Assembly (NCBI GenBank): GCA_964448865.1
Contig: CAYUXO010000004.1
Location: 1-54,907, forward strand
DNA length: 54,907 nt
Source: an uncultured Anaerolineales bacterium
Lineage (GTDB): Bacteria > Chloroflexota > Anaerolineae > Anaerolineales > UBA11858
Direction: 5' to 3'
Part shown: one piece after another, positions 45,932-54,907 of the stretch
How the letters are laid out: each line of letters opens with the position of its first letter
Position numbering within the stretch: the first letter of the stretch is position 1
Translations under genes and position numbers: made by a program
Notes under the pieces: model-generated
What the model was told of the DNA's origin: nothing
Database searches by the model: none
Seen by the model: the letters and a program-made list of their open reading frames with translations, nothing else

Positions 45932-48354
45932 TTTATCCGGGCACGCAGGATTAACCAGGCAGCCAGGTAAGCTAGTCCACCCAGGAACAAAACCAGGGGA
46001 TAGCCAGCCTGGAGGGATAGAATTGCCGTTATCACAGAGGCAATAACCGAGGCGCTGCCGTTAACAGCCCAGGCCCAGGGGACTAAACCAGGAAAGGATT
46101 CTTTGATCCAAGAAATCCCCTGGGGGAAAAATAAACCCATAACAAATCCTGTCGGCGCCAATCCCAAACAGGGAACCAAATAACGGATCCAGGACGGCCA
46201 ACTTAGAACGATATCCTTTTCCAGGGTGGTGAAGAGGATAAATCCCCCACCTAATAAAACCAACAAAGGAAGGATGTAGGCTCTCCGGCTCCAATCTTGA
46301 ACCGCTGCCATGCTCCCCAGTCCTGAAGTGAGCAGCAGCAGCCCCACAACAACCGAAAAGGCAGCTATGGGGGAGTTAAGGAACAATCTCCACTGACTGA
46401 TCAAGGGAATCTCCAGAAACATAAAACCAGTTCCGATCAATCCAAAATACAGCAGGACCCATTTTTTTCCAAGAGATCGGGGACCCGGCCTGTATATCCT
46501 GCGCAGGATCAACGGCAGCAGAATTAATAATCCACTTAACAGGATCACCAACCCCAGCAGGAAAACCAGCAGTAAAAATCCGCTCCCACCAAACGGCTGC
46601 CAGGTTTTTCCCAGGGTTTCTAAAACCTGGGGAACCTGACTCCAGGTAAAGAAGTGGAAGAAAAAAGGATGGTTATCAGTTGGTGGTGTGATGTTATATA
46701 GGTAAGATTGATAAAATATCCCCTTATCTGGGGTTTGAAAGAGTTCCTGTAGGGCTTGATAATAGACCGGTTCCTGGAGCTGATTCCAGCGGTTGAGTTC
46801 CTCTACTTCCAAATCTGGTGCCCAAACCAGATCATAGCGGCAGCGTTCCAGGAACTCCCGCAGGGAAACCAAGTCTGAAATGTCCCATCCGGCTGGTTTG
46901 ACCACAACTGTGATGGTCTGGATACCCCGATAAATCAGAAAAGTATCCCGCGGATTATCGATCTCCAGGCTTTCCAGAGCTGCCAGCACGGTGGATACTA
47001 ACCTCAATCCCTCACTGGGAGGACTCTGGAGCCAGCGGCTGCTCAGGAAAATACCTTCCGGAGATAACCTGCCTAAGGCAGCCTCGGCACCTTCCCTGGT
47101 AAGGGAATAATTCTCAGAAATGCTGTAAGCCCCATTTGTGACGGGTTGATAAGGATCCGTTAATGGAAGGAAGACCAGATCGAACTTTTCATTTGTGCGC
47201 TCAAGGAAAGCCCGCTGGTTCCCAACCAAAGTACTAACATCAGGATGGTTAAACATGGAGTAGCCGGGAGCTGTCTCCCGGACGCCTTCCAGGATTAACC
47301 GATCCTCAATGACGGTCTGGATAGAACCTGCCTTCCCAGCTGCCGCCTGTAAAAGGCCAAATCCTGCTCCTGGATTCAGTACCAGGACATCCGGGTTGGA
47401 TAAGATTGAAAAAGCCCACCATTCCGGCAGCCACTCACCGGCAGAAAAATCAGCCGGTTCCAATAATGTGATCGGCTGGAGCGCATTACCATCAACCGAT
47501 AACCCATATTGGGAGGGAGTAGAACCGCTGTACATGTAACTCAATCCGGGCAATCTCCGGGTCCCGGCATTCGCCATCACATCAACCCGGGATGCTGCAG
47601 ACCATTTCCCAAATAATAGTTCTCCATCTGGATAATTCCTGGCGTATGACAATCCTTTATAGGGAGAGAGCTCCATACCTACCGGTGAATGTCCCTGGAA
47701 GTTAATGACCACAAGGTATATCAAGGCGGTCAATCCAATTATGTTGAACAAACCAAAAATAACCCGGTTAAAGATAAATTTCATATGGTCAGGCTTAATG
47801 ATCACCCAGCATGCAAGTCCCAATAGTCCTGAAAACAAGACCGCTCCAAGAATCCCTGAGAGGGAAAGGACTACCGGGGCTAGGAGGACACCCAACCCAG
47901 AGCCAACCAGGTTTGCGGCATATACCTGGTTGTGTTTTTTATCGATGACTGCTAGAGCTGTGCCCAAACCCAAACCGCTTACCAGAAAAGGAAGAGAAAG
48001 AGAAAAATAATACAGAATAAAATAAAATATCTGCCGCCGGTCCCAGGCAATGCTGTAAGAATCAAAAGGAAGCCAGTTTACTACCCCATAGGTGATCCAG
48101 ATACTGAGGGCAAATAAGATCCCCACCCGGGCGAGGATATCTGGCAAGGGCTGTTCCTCAATCTGGGGAAAGGTGGACAGGAGAGTTCCGCTAGCGCCAA
48201 ATCCGAGCAGCGCCAGGCTGACGATCAAAAAAGCAAAATGATAAAATTGGGCGACAGCGAGAAACCTGATCAGCGCCGTTTCAAAGGTTAGAGTAGCAGC
48301 TGAAAGCACCGCTATGGAAAGAATGACTCGGGAAAACCGGATTTTTGTGTTCAT
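45928..48354 (-). CDS. Spermidine-synthase-like membrane protein (TM bundle, SAM-fold domain, TM bundle)
   Basis: YHFAF..VSLALLGFGASG, YAANL.GSG.G, degenerate GAGFG, ENY..T.E, TDN.PFF, GFMFLEI, WAWAVNG.ASV. Confidence 0.75.
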   Translation of the reverse strand: MNTKIRFSRVILSIAVLSAATLTFETALIRFLAVAQFYHFAFLIVSLALLGFGASGTLLSTFPQIEEQPLPDILARVGILFALSIWITYGVVNWLPFDSYSIAWDRRQIFYFILYYFSLSLPFLVSGLGLGTALAVIDKKHNQVYAANLVGSGLGVLLAPVVLSLSGILGAVLFSGLLGLACWVIIKPDHMKFIFNRVIFGLFNIIGLTALIYLVVINFQGHSPVGMELSPYKGLSYARNYPDGELLFGKWSAASRVDVMANAGTRRLPGLSYMYSGSTPSQYGLSVDGNALQPITLLEPADFSAGEWLPEWWAFSILSNPDVLVLNPGAGFGLLQAAAGKAGSIQTVIEDRLILEGVRETAPGYSMFNHPDVSTLVGNQRAFLERTNEKFDLVFLPLTDPYQPVTNGAYSISENYSLTREGAEAALGRLSPEGIFLSSRWLQSPPSEGLRLVSTVLAALESLEIDNPRDTFLIYRGIQTITVVVKPAGWDISDLVSLREFLERCRYDLVWAPDLEVEELNRWNQLQEPVYYQALQELFQTPDKGIFYQSYLYNITPPTDNHPFFFHFFTWSQVPQVLETLGKTWQPFGGSGFLLLVFLLGLVILLSGLLILLPLILRRIYRPGPRSLGKKWVLLYFGLIGTGFMFLEIPLISQWRLFLNSPIAAFSVVVGLLLLTSGLGSMAAVQDWSRRAYILPLLVLLGGGFILFTTLEKDIVLSWPSWIRYLVPCLGLAPTGFVMGLFFPQGISWIKESFPGLVPWAWAVNGSASVIASVITAILSLQAGYPLVLFLGGLAYLAAWLILRARIN

Positions 48355-48504
48355 AGTTAGGATGAATTACGTTTCCCTGGAGTGATCCAGGTGTTATTAA
48401 GGAGCTCATCCAACATTAAAAATCAGATCAAAAATCATCCCCCAAAAACCATTGGTGAACCTGTTAATCGCGGGCGATCAGGTCCAGGTTCGGCCAAGAT
48501 CAGC

Positions 48505-50604
48505 TCAGCGTTTTTCTACCGCAACTGCACAAACTTTATAATCAGGGATCTTGGCCTGGGGATCTCTTGCATCCTGAGTGAGTAAATTAGCTGCTGCCTC
48601 CACAAAGTGGAAGGGAAGGAATACCATCCCGACCGCCGAACGTTCTGTGACCAGGGTTTTAACCTCAATTTCTCCCCGCCTGGATCTCATCTTCACCCAA
48701 TCCCCGGTTATTATGCCAATCTTCTCAGCATCGCTGGGATGGATCTCAACCAAGGCTTCTGGATAAATATCATCCAGCTTGGAACGCCGGGTCATGGTAC
48801 CTCCATGCCAGTGATATAAAACTCGGCCTGTGGAAAGGATCAGGGGATACTCATCATCTGGCAGCTCCAACGAAGGCCGGTAAGTCAGGGGAGTCAGCGC
48901 ACCCTTACCGCGGGGGAAACTCTCCGCGAACAGGTAAGGAGTGCCGGGGTGATCGGGAGTCGGGCAAGGCCAATGCACACCATCTTCTTTCTGAACCCGC
49001 TCATGGGAAATGCCCTGGAAGGTCGGCGTCAGCTCCGCCATTTCATCCCAGATCTGTGACGGGTTCTCAAAATCAAATCCGATGCTGGTTTTAACCTCTA
49101 GTTTTTCCTCCACCCTGCTGGCCAAGTCCTGGATGATGATCCAGTCCGGGCGAGCTTCACCAGGAGGTTGGATTCCCGGTCGGATCAACTGAACCCGCCG
49201 GTCGCTGTTGGTAAAAGTGCCATCTTTTTCGGCGAAGCTGGCTGCTGGAAGGATCACATCAGCGTATTCGCCGGTTTCATTCATGAATATATCCTGGTAA
49301 AGTACAAACTCCAGGCTCTCCATGACATGGCGGGCATGCAGTAGATCCGGTTCGCTCATCATGGGGTTTTCTCCCATAATGTAATAGCCTTTGATGGCGC
49401 CGGTTTCAGCGGAATCTACCATTTCCATGGTAGTTAAACCTGGTTCGGGATCAAGGGAAGTGCCCCAATGTTTTTCAAATTTTCCCCTGACCTCAGGATC
49501 TGATACCGGCTGGTATCCGGGATAAACATTTGGCAGGCCACCGCTATCCGAACAGCCCTGAACGTTATTCTGCCCCCGCAGGGGATTCAGGCCAGTGCCC
49601 GGACGGCCAATATTACCGGTCAATAATGCCAGGTTGGCAAGGGACACAGCATTATCAGTGCCGTGTACACTCTGGCTGATGCCCATGCCCCAGTAAATCG
49701 CCGCTGATTTTGCATTACCGTATAGTCGGGCAGCTTCCCGGATCTCGTCAGCCGGCACGCCACAGATCTCCTCCGCGTATTCAGGAGTAAATTCTTCCAG
49801 GGAAGGCAAATATTCCTCAAATCCCTCCACCCGCTCTTTGATAAAGTCCTTATCAATCAGGTCTTCTTTAACGATCACATGAGCCAGGGCCTGGAAAAGC
49901 ACAACATCCGTTCCCGGTTTGAGCCGCAGGTAATGATCCGCAAATTGAGACATCTCAATTCGGCGCGGGTCGATCACAATCATCCTGGCGCCATTTTTAA
50001 CGATGGCTTCCCGCATGAATGTGCTGATCACCGGGTGGGTTTCCGAAGTATTCGATCCGGTCACCAGCAGCACATCCAGGTCTTTCATCTCCGCAATTGA
50101 GTTGGACATGGCCGAGGAACCCAGGGTGATCTGCAAACCAGCCACCGAGGCGGCATGGCATAATCGGGAACAGTGATCAATATTATTGGTGCCCACTACC
50201 CCTCGGACGAATTTTTGGAAAATGTAATTATCCTCGTTAGTGGCCTTGGCGGAACAAAAAGTTCCCAATGCATTACCGCCATTTTCTTTGATAATTCCGG
50301 ATATCTTCTCCGCTGCCAGGTCAAAGGCTTCATCCCAGCTGGCCCGTCGAAAGCCGTTTAATCCCACTGGTTTACGCGGTAGGGACCCCAGGTCCTTGCG
50401 GATCAGGGGATAGGTCAATCGGGAGGGATGGTGCACAAAATCCATGCCATAGCGGCCCTTGGTGCATAATCGCCCGTAATTTGGAGCGACATCAAAAGGC
50501 GCGTCCACCCGGATGATGTGATTTTCTTGAATCTGCAGGTCTACCTGGCAGCCGACGCCGCAGTAAGGACAGGTACTTCGAATGATTTTCTGTGCCTCTG
50601 CCAT
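48505..50604 (-). CDS. fdhF: Formate dehydrogenase alpha subunit (Mo/W-bisPGD, Cys ligand)
   Basis: [46 protein letters not shown]; no Tat signal. Confidence 0.92.
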   Translation of the reverse strand: MAEAQKIIRSTCPYCGVGCQVDLQIQENHIIRVDAPFDVAPNYGRLCTKGRYGMDFVHHPSRLTYPLIRKDLGSLPRKPVGLNGFRRASWDEAFDLAAEKISGIIKENGGNALGTFCSAKATNEDNYIFQKFVRGVVGTNNIDHCSRLCHAASVAGLQITLGSSAMSNSIAEMKDLDVLLVTGSNTSETHPVISTFMREAIVKNGARMIVIDPRRIEMSQFADHYLRLKPGTDVVLFQALAHVIVKEDLIDKDFIKERVEGFEEYLPSLEEFTPEYAEEICGVPADEIREAARLYGNAKSAAIYWGMGISQSVHGTDNAVSLANLALLTGNIGRPGTGLNPLRGQNNVQGCSDSGGLPNVYPGYQPVSDPEVRGKFEKHWGTSLDPEPGLTTMEMVDSAETGAIKGYYIMGENPMMSEPDLLHARHVMESLEFVLYQDIFMNETGEYADVILPAASFAEKDGTFTNSDRRVQLIRPGIQPPGEARPDWIIIQDLASRVEEKLEVKTSIGFDFENPSQIWDEMAELTPTFQGISHERVQKEDGVHWPCPTPDHPGTPYLFAESFPRGKGALTPLTYRPSLELPDDEYPLILSTGRVLYHWHGGTMTRRSKLDDIYPEALVEIHPSDAEKIGIITGDWVKMRSRRGEIEVKTLVTERSAVGMVFLPFHFVEAAANLLTQDARDPQAKIPDYKVCAVAVEKR

Positions 50605-50606
50605 GG

Positions 50607-51311
50607 TCAGCTCCTTTTTTCCACCCGTTCCTGCCTGCGCCGGGCTCGGATCTCATCATGCTGCAGACCCTGTTCCAGCAAATATTCGGTTTTTCCCTGC
50701 AGGGCCTTAGTAGGGCAAACTCCCACACAGTTGCCGCAGAACACACAGGTGGTATCCGTCATAGGATTTTCAAAGAAGGTGGTGATTTCAGTATCGTGAC
50801 CCCTTCCGCCCAATGCCAGGGCATAGGTGTACTGCACATCATCCGCGCAAACCTGAACACAGCGCCAACAGAGAATACACTGGCTGTAATCGCGCACATA
50901 AAAGGGATTGTCATCCAGGATATCGTACTGGCGTTTCTTAGCTCCAGGGAAGCGATCCGGATCCGCCTGATATCGTTCCATCTGGCTTTGTAATTCCGGT
51001 GAACGAGAAATATCTGCGCTGGCATTGAGCATCTCCAGAATAGTCTTTCGGGAGCGCACTACCCGTTCGCTTTCTGTTTCCACTGTCATGTCTTCTGCCA
51101 CCGGAGTGATGCAGGATGGAGCCAATCTACCCCAGCCCTCAATTTCGACTACACACTGCCGGCACAATCCTTCTGCCGTGGTGGCTTCATGCACACAGAT
51201 CACCGGAATATTGATATCCAGGGATCGGGCAGCCTCTAAAATGGTTGTGCCCTCTGGCACCTGACATTTTACCCCGTCGATCTTCAGAGTAATGTTGGTC
51301 TTATTAGCCAT
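50607..51311 (-). CDS. NuoG-N-like Fe-S subunit of the formate dehydrogenase complex
   Basis: [2Fe-2S] IP.IC..G.CR.C.VE..SC; [11 protein letters not shown]; [12 protein letters not shown]; start placed at ATG 51311. Confidence 0.88.
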   Translation of the reverse strand: MANKTNITLKIDGVKCQVPEGTTILEAARSLDINIPVICVHEATTAEGLCRQCVVEIEGWGRLAPSCITPVAEDMTVETESERVVRSRKTILEMLNASADISRSPELQSQMERYQADPDRFPGAKKRQYDILDDNPFYVRDYSQCILCWRCVQVCADDVQYTYALALGGRGHDTEITTFFENPMTDTTCVFCGNCVGVCPTKALQGKTEYLLEQGLQHDEIRARRRQERVEKRS

Positions 51312-53034
51312 GGTTGCCTTCTTCAAGTCCAAAATATTCCGGACAAATTTCAATTACGCTCAACACCGCCGACCCAGCCGTTTGTCCCAAACCACACAAG
51401 GATGTGTCGGTCATGGTGGCGATAATATCCTCCAGCCGTTCGATATCACCTTCAAATGCCTGGCCGCGCAGGTTGCGATCCAGGATTTCCGCCTGACGCT
51501 GGGTGCCTAATTGGCAGGGATAACATTTACCGCAGCTTTCATGGGCAAAAAAATGTCCCAAGCCGTGCAGCACAAATTTCATATCCACATTTTCGTCAAA
51601 AACCACTACTGCGCCAGATCCCAGGGACAGACCAGCTTTCCGGACTCCCTGGGTGGTAAGGGTCACATCCAACTGGTCCGGAGCGACAAATTTTCCCGCT
51701 GCGCCGCCTAATAAAACTGTGCGCAGCTCTTTTCCTCCCCTGATCCCGCCGGCTTTCTCGTAAATCAATTGCTTCAAAGTGATAGGTTCAGTAATTTCAT
51801 AAATACCCGGTTTTTCGATATCTCCCGAAATGCTGAACAAACGGGGACCGGTAGACCCTTCAGCCCCCAATTTTTTATATTCATCCGGTCCGATCCTGCA
51901 GATCAAAGCCACATTGGCAAGAGTTTCCACGTTGTTGATTACCGTGGGCTGATTAAATAATCCATGAGTGGTAGGGAAAGGAGGTTTTACTCGCGGGAAG
52001 CCCCGCTTGCCTTCAATGGACTCAAATAAGGCTGTCTCTTCCCCGCAGATATAAGCTCCCGCGCCGCTGCGCAATTCAATTTCATAATCAAATCCGCTGC
52101 CGAGAATGTCCTTTCCCAGGAACCCTTCTTGAGCAGCTATTTCCAGTGCCTGGGAAATTACCTCATGTGAGCAGGTATATTCACCACGGATATAAAGGAA
52201 GCCTTTGTTCGCACCAACCGCATAAGCAGCGATGGTCATACCTTCAATTATCGTAAAAGGATCCCCTTCGATCAGAGCCCTATCCTTAAAAGTGCCTGGT
52301 TCGGATTCGTCCTCATTACAAACTATATATTTTGGAAAGCGGTCCACTTCGGCGCAGCTGCTCCACTTCAATCCTGTGGGAAAACCCGCCCCACCCCGAC
52401 CGGTCAGGCCGGCATCAGTCATTATTTGGATCACATCTTCAGGGGGCATGGAAAGCACTACCCGCAAGCCCTCAAATCCCCCTGCCTTTTGGAATTCGGC
52501 CATACTAAGGGGATCGATTTTTCCGGCCCGGACCATCAGGTATAAAGGATCGCCATATATCTCTGACTGAGGATGGCTTTCTGGATTGAAGATCTTATCC
52601 AGGGTGGCCTCCCCTACCATATCATCGCCAACCAGAACACCCGGAGCATGGTCGCATAAACCCAGGCATTCCACTTCTTCAATAATGTAGCGGCCGTCCA
52701 TGGTAGCTTCACCAACCCCGACACCCAGGTGCTGGCAAAGCTCGGTAACCAGGTCTCCGCTGCCCTGGGAGGCACAGGAAGGAGTGGTGCAAACCCGGAT
52801 GGAAGTTTCCGCCCGGGGTTTACTTGATAACATAGAATAAAATTCGATCACTCCATAAAGATCCGCCAGTGGAACATTGAGGGATTCACTGATGGAAGCG
52901 GCAGCTTCCCGGGGAATATAATCATAGATTTTCTGGGTTTTCAGCAAAGCCGGAAGCAGCATGGTCCTGCCCCGGGTGCCGTTCTGGTCCAGGAAATCTT
53001 TGAGTTGAGGGGAAAGGGAGGAATCATTTCCCAT
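51304..53034 (-). CDS. NuoE-NuoF fusion (NADH/FMN-binding diaphorase subunit)
   Basis: VC...SC / ECLGLC [2Fe-2S]; GRGGAGFPTG, DESEPGTFKDR, GAGAYICGEET, ESCGKCYPC, SLCGLG. Confidence 0.92.
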   Translation of the reverse strand: MGNDSSLSPQLKDFLDQNGTRGRTMLLPALLKTQKIYDYIPREAAASISESLNVPLADLYGVIEFYSMLSSKPRAETSIRVCTTPSCASQGSGDLVTELCQHLGVGVGEATMDGRYIIEEVECLGLCDHAPGVLVGDDMVGEATLDKIFNPESHPQSEIYGDPLYLMVRAGKIDPLSMAEFQKAGGFEGLRVVLSMPPEDVIQIMTDAGLTGRGGAGFPTGLKWSSCAEVDRFPKYIVCNEDESEPGTFKDRALIEGDPFTIIEGMTIAAYAVGANKGFLYIRGEYTCSHEVISQALEIAAQEGFLGKDILGSGFDYEIELRSGAGAYICGEETALFESIEGKRGFPRVKPPFPTTHGLFNQPTVINNVETLANVALICRIGPDEYKKLGAEGSTGPRLFSISGDIEKPGIYEITEPITLKQLIYEKAGGIRGGKELRTVLLGGAAGKFVAPDQLDVTLTTQGVRKAGLSLGSGAVVVFDENVDMKFVLHGLGHFFAHESCGKCYPCQLGTQRQAEILDRNLRGQAFEGDIERLEDIIATMTDTSLCGLGQTAGSAVLSVIEICPEYFGLEEGNHG

Positions 53035-53191
53035 GGGAACTCCTTTTGCGGGATGGCAGAACAGTTCTAATCATGGCTGGGCTGTGCATAGAATATCAGG
53101 TCTATGTGACAGATTATATCAAGAGCAGGGGAACTGTTCAGGGGGTTTTCAAATATGTTCAGAAATTCATCAAAATAACTTAAGTTAAAAC

Positions 53192-53222
53192 AAAAAAGGC
53201 TGCTTGTTTCAGCAGCCTTTTT
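53192..53222 (-). terminator. Intrinsic (bidirectional) terminator after the S1 gene
   Basis: AAAAAAGGCTGCT-loop-AGCAGCCTTTTT. Confidence 0.85.
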
Positions 53223-53247
53223 GAATATCGACCTAATAGGTTTTGAA

Positions 53248-53913
53248 CTATTTTTTCAGCTCAGAAATCATGTTCGCCAACTCACTGTTCTCGCCATTGG
53301 ATTCCATGGCCTTGCGGATGGCAGCTTCAAAAGCTGTTGGGGTTACTTCTCTCTTCTCGTCGTCATCATCAAAATCAAAAGATACCATTGGGGGATCCTC
53401 AAGCGCTTTCATGCTCAATTTGATTTGCTTTTTGCGGCGGTTTACCTTGAGGACTTTCACATTAATCTCGTCACCCTTCTTGACAATATCCGTCGGGGTG
53501 CGCACATAACCGTGGGCCATTTCACTGATATGAACTAAACCTGGGCGCTCAGCATCAATATCCACAAAAACGCCATACTTCTCAATCCGGGTAACTGTTC
53601 CTACCAGCTCCATATCGGGCCGGATCTCGGGCCAGTCCATTCCCAGGGGCTCCAACATGGTCAGCTCGATCTTTTTGTTTTCAGGGTCAGTCCGCTGGAT
53701 CCAGACCTCAACCGCCTGACCTTCTTTTAATATATCCGCAACACGGGTCACGGTTCCTTTCTGAATTTTAGATATATGAATCACACCCGGTACACCGACA
53801 CCAACATCAACAATCGCACCCGCCAGGGAAGTCTTCAAGACCTTTCCCGCAACCTTCATTTTAGGTTCCAAGTCTTCAATTGTTTCAGGCGTCTTCAGCT
53901 CTTCGTTCGCCAT
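53248..53913 (-). CDS. Two-domain S1 RNA-binding protein (short RpsA-like)
   Basis: GAIVDVG..G.IHISK and YGVFVDI....GLVHISEM..I.LSMK; acidic tail. Confidence 0.85.
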   Translation of the reverse strand: MANEELKTPETIEDLEPKMKVAGKVLKTSLAGAIVDVGVGVPGVIHISKIQKGTVTRVADILKEGQAVEVWIQRTDPENKKIELTMLEPLGMDWPEIRPDMELVGTVTRIEKYGVFVDIDAERPGLVHISEMAHGYVRTPTDIVKKGDEINVKVLKVNRRKKQIKLSMKALEDPPMVSFDFDDDDEKREVTPTAFEAAIRKAMESNGENSELANMISELKK

Positions 53914-53953
53914 AAAACACTCTCCAAATACACTTCATTTTCAACAAGCGTCA

Positions 53954-53982
53954 ATTATACCGTTCCGATGTGACCTTGTCAA
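53954..53982 (-). promoter_or_regulatory. Consensus sigma70 promoter of the S1 gene
   Basis: TTGACA-17-TATAAT, perfect match. Confidence 0.85.
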
Positions 53983-54006
53983 AGTACATCTGTGGTTATT
54001 TGCTTT

Positions 54007-54906
54007 TTAGTAAGCTGTCAATCCAACCAGAACGGCGGTCAGTTTCTCCACCCAACCTTTATCACTCAAATCAAGAGGGATCCAAACTGAAGATTCCCCG
54101 AAGCGCACCTTGTATTCAAATTCCCAGGGCTGCGGCAGGGCTTTTCCCTCCGGATATCCCAGGTTGATCTTGCCATACTGGATGGAAATACTCTCCACAC
54201 CGGCGCTTTCTGCCAGTAGCTTCATCTCCAGCTGTGTAAGCAGGTTATTAACTAATTCTGGCAAGGGACCAAAACGATCTTTAAATTCCACCCGCAGCTC
54301 ATCGATCTCGCGGGCAACCATAATGGCTGCCGCCCGGCGGTAAAGGCTGAGGCGCACGGAACGGTCCGGGATGTAATTTTCGGGAATGCCCACCGGCAGG
54401 GGCAGATCAATATTCACCAGGGGACGCAAAATCTGGAAGGGCAGCTCATCCTCCGCTGAGGGACCGCCCTCATCCTTTTTAAGACGCTTGACAGCGTCTG
54501 CCAGCAAGCGGGTATAGAGATGAAATCCCACGGCAGCGATATAACCTGATTGGCGGGTGCCCAGGATATCTCCCGAACCCCTGATTTCCAGGTCCCGCAT
54601 GGCAATCGAGTAGCCAGCGCCCAGGTCCGTGTGTTCTGCGATGGTTTCCAGCCGCAGGCGGCCTTCCAGAGTGGGTGTTCCACTTCTGTCCCGGAAAAAA
54701 TAAGCATAGGCCCGTTGAGCGCCGCGCCCCACTCTGCCTCGCAGTTGGTAAAGCTGGGCCAAGCCGAACATATCAGCCCGATCGACTATCAGGGTATTCG
54801 CATTGGGAATATCCAGGCCGGATTCGATGATCGATGTGGATAACAACACATCAATTTCTCCCCGGGTAAATTCTCTCATGCGCTCAGCCAGATCCCGTTC
54901 ATGCAT
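54007..54906 (-). CDS. mfd: Transcription-repair coupling factor, C-terminal part (cut by the window edge)
   Basis: STSIIESGLDIPNANT, GLAQLYQLRGRVGR, AMRDLEIRG.G.ILG..QSG, TRCF domain E..DRFG..P. Confidence 0.95.
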   Translation of the reverse strand: MHERDLAERMREFTRGEIDVLLSTSIIESGLDIPNANTLIVDRADMFGLAQLYQLRGRVGRGAQRAYAYFFRDRSGTPTLEGRLRLETIAEHTDLGAGYSIAMRDLEIRGSGDILGTRQSGYIAAVGFHLYTRLLADAVKRLKKDEGGPSAEDELPFQILRPLVNIDLPLPVGIPENYIPDRSVRLSLYRRAAAIMVAREIDELRVEFKDRFGPLPELVNNLLTQLEMKLLAESAGVESISIQYGKINLGYPEGKALPQPWEFEYKVRFGESSVWIPLDLSDKGWVEKLTAVLVGLTAY

Positions 54907-54907
54907 C

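Noticed and set aside
48355-48507. Sec read-through of the fdhF TGA stop, or a tRNA-Sec in this spacer
   Set aside because: The protein is complete at its normal C-terminus, more stops follow quickly, and no cloverleaf is visible
53035-53190. Moco/Wco riboswitch upstream of the FDH operon
   Set aside because: No recognisable motif; only an extended -10 (TGATATAAT) and a short leader

Overview
A 54.9 kb chromosomal window from an anaerobic bacterium. Gene content and intergenic palindromes suggest Chloroflexota (Anaerolineae-like); this is inference. Most of it is housekeeping: class II aldolase, rsmD, scpB-rluB, msrPQ, sucCD, acpP, fni plus polyprenyl synthase, mrp, glmS, cyclophilin, dNK, pcm, a two-domain S1 protein and a partial mfd. 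It also has envelope and glycosylation genes and an NAD-linked formate dehydrogenase operon. Four things stand out. (1) A ~14 kb minus-strand redox cluster led by a FadR/GntR regulator joins two 2-oxoacid:ferredoxin oxidoreductases to an HdrL-like/MvhD/HdrD/HdrA-MvhD module with no hydrogenase. (2) The last gene of that cluster is split in the ORF track but reads as one selenoprotein, with an in-frame UGA at a conserved HdrA Cys position followed by a SECIS-like hairpin. (3) A glmS ribozyme carries a 47-nt two-hairpin insertion inside its core. (4) A stand-alone Y1/HUH transposase is framed by three bipartite REP-like units, and several other palindromic repeat families occur in intergenic DNA. 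No rRNA, tRNA, CRISPR-cas or phage genes were seen. All calls come from reading motifs by eye; no searches were run.
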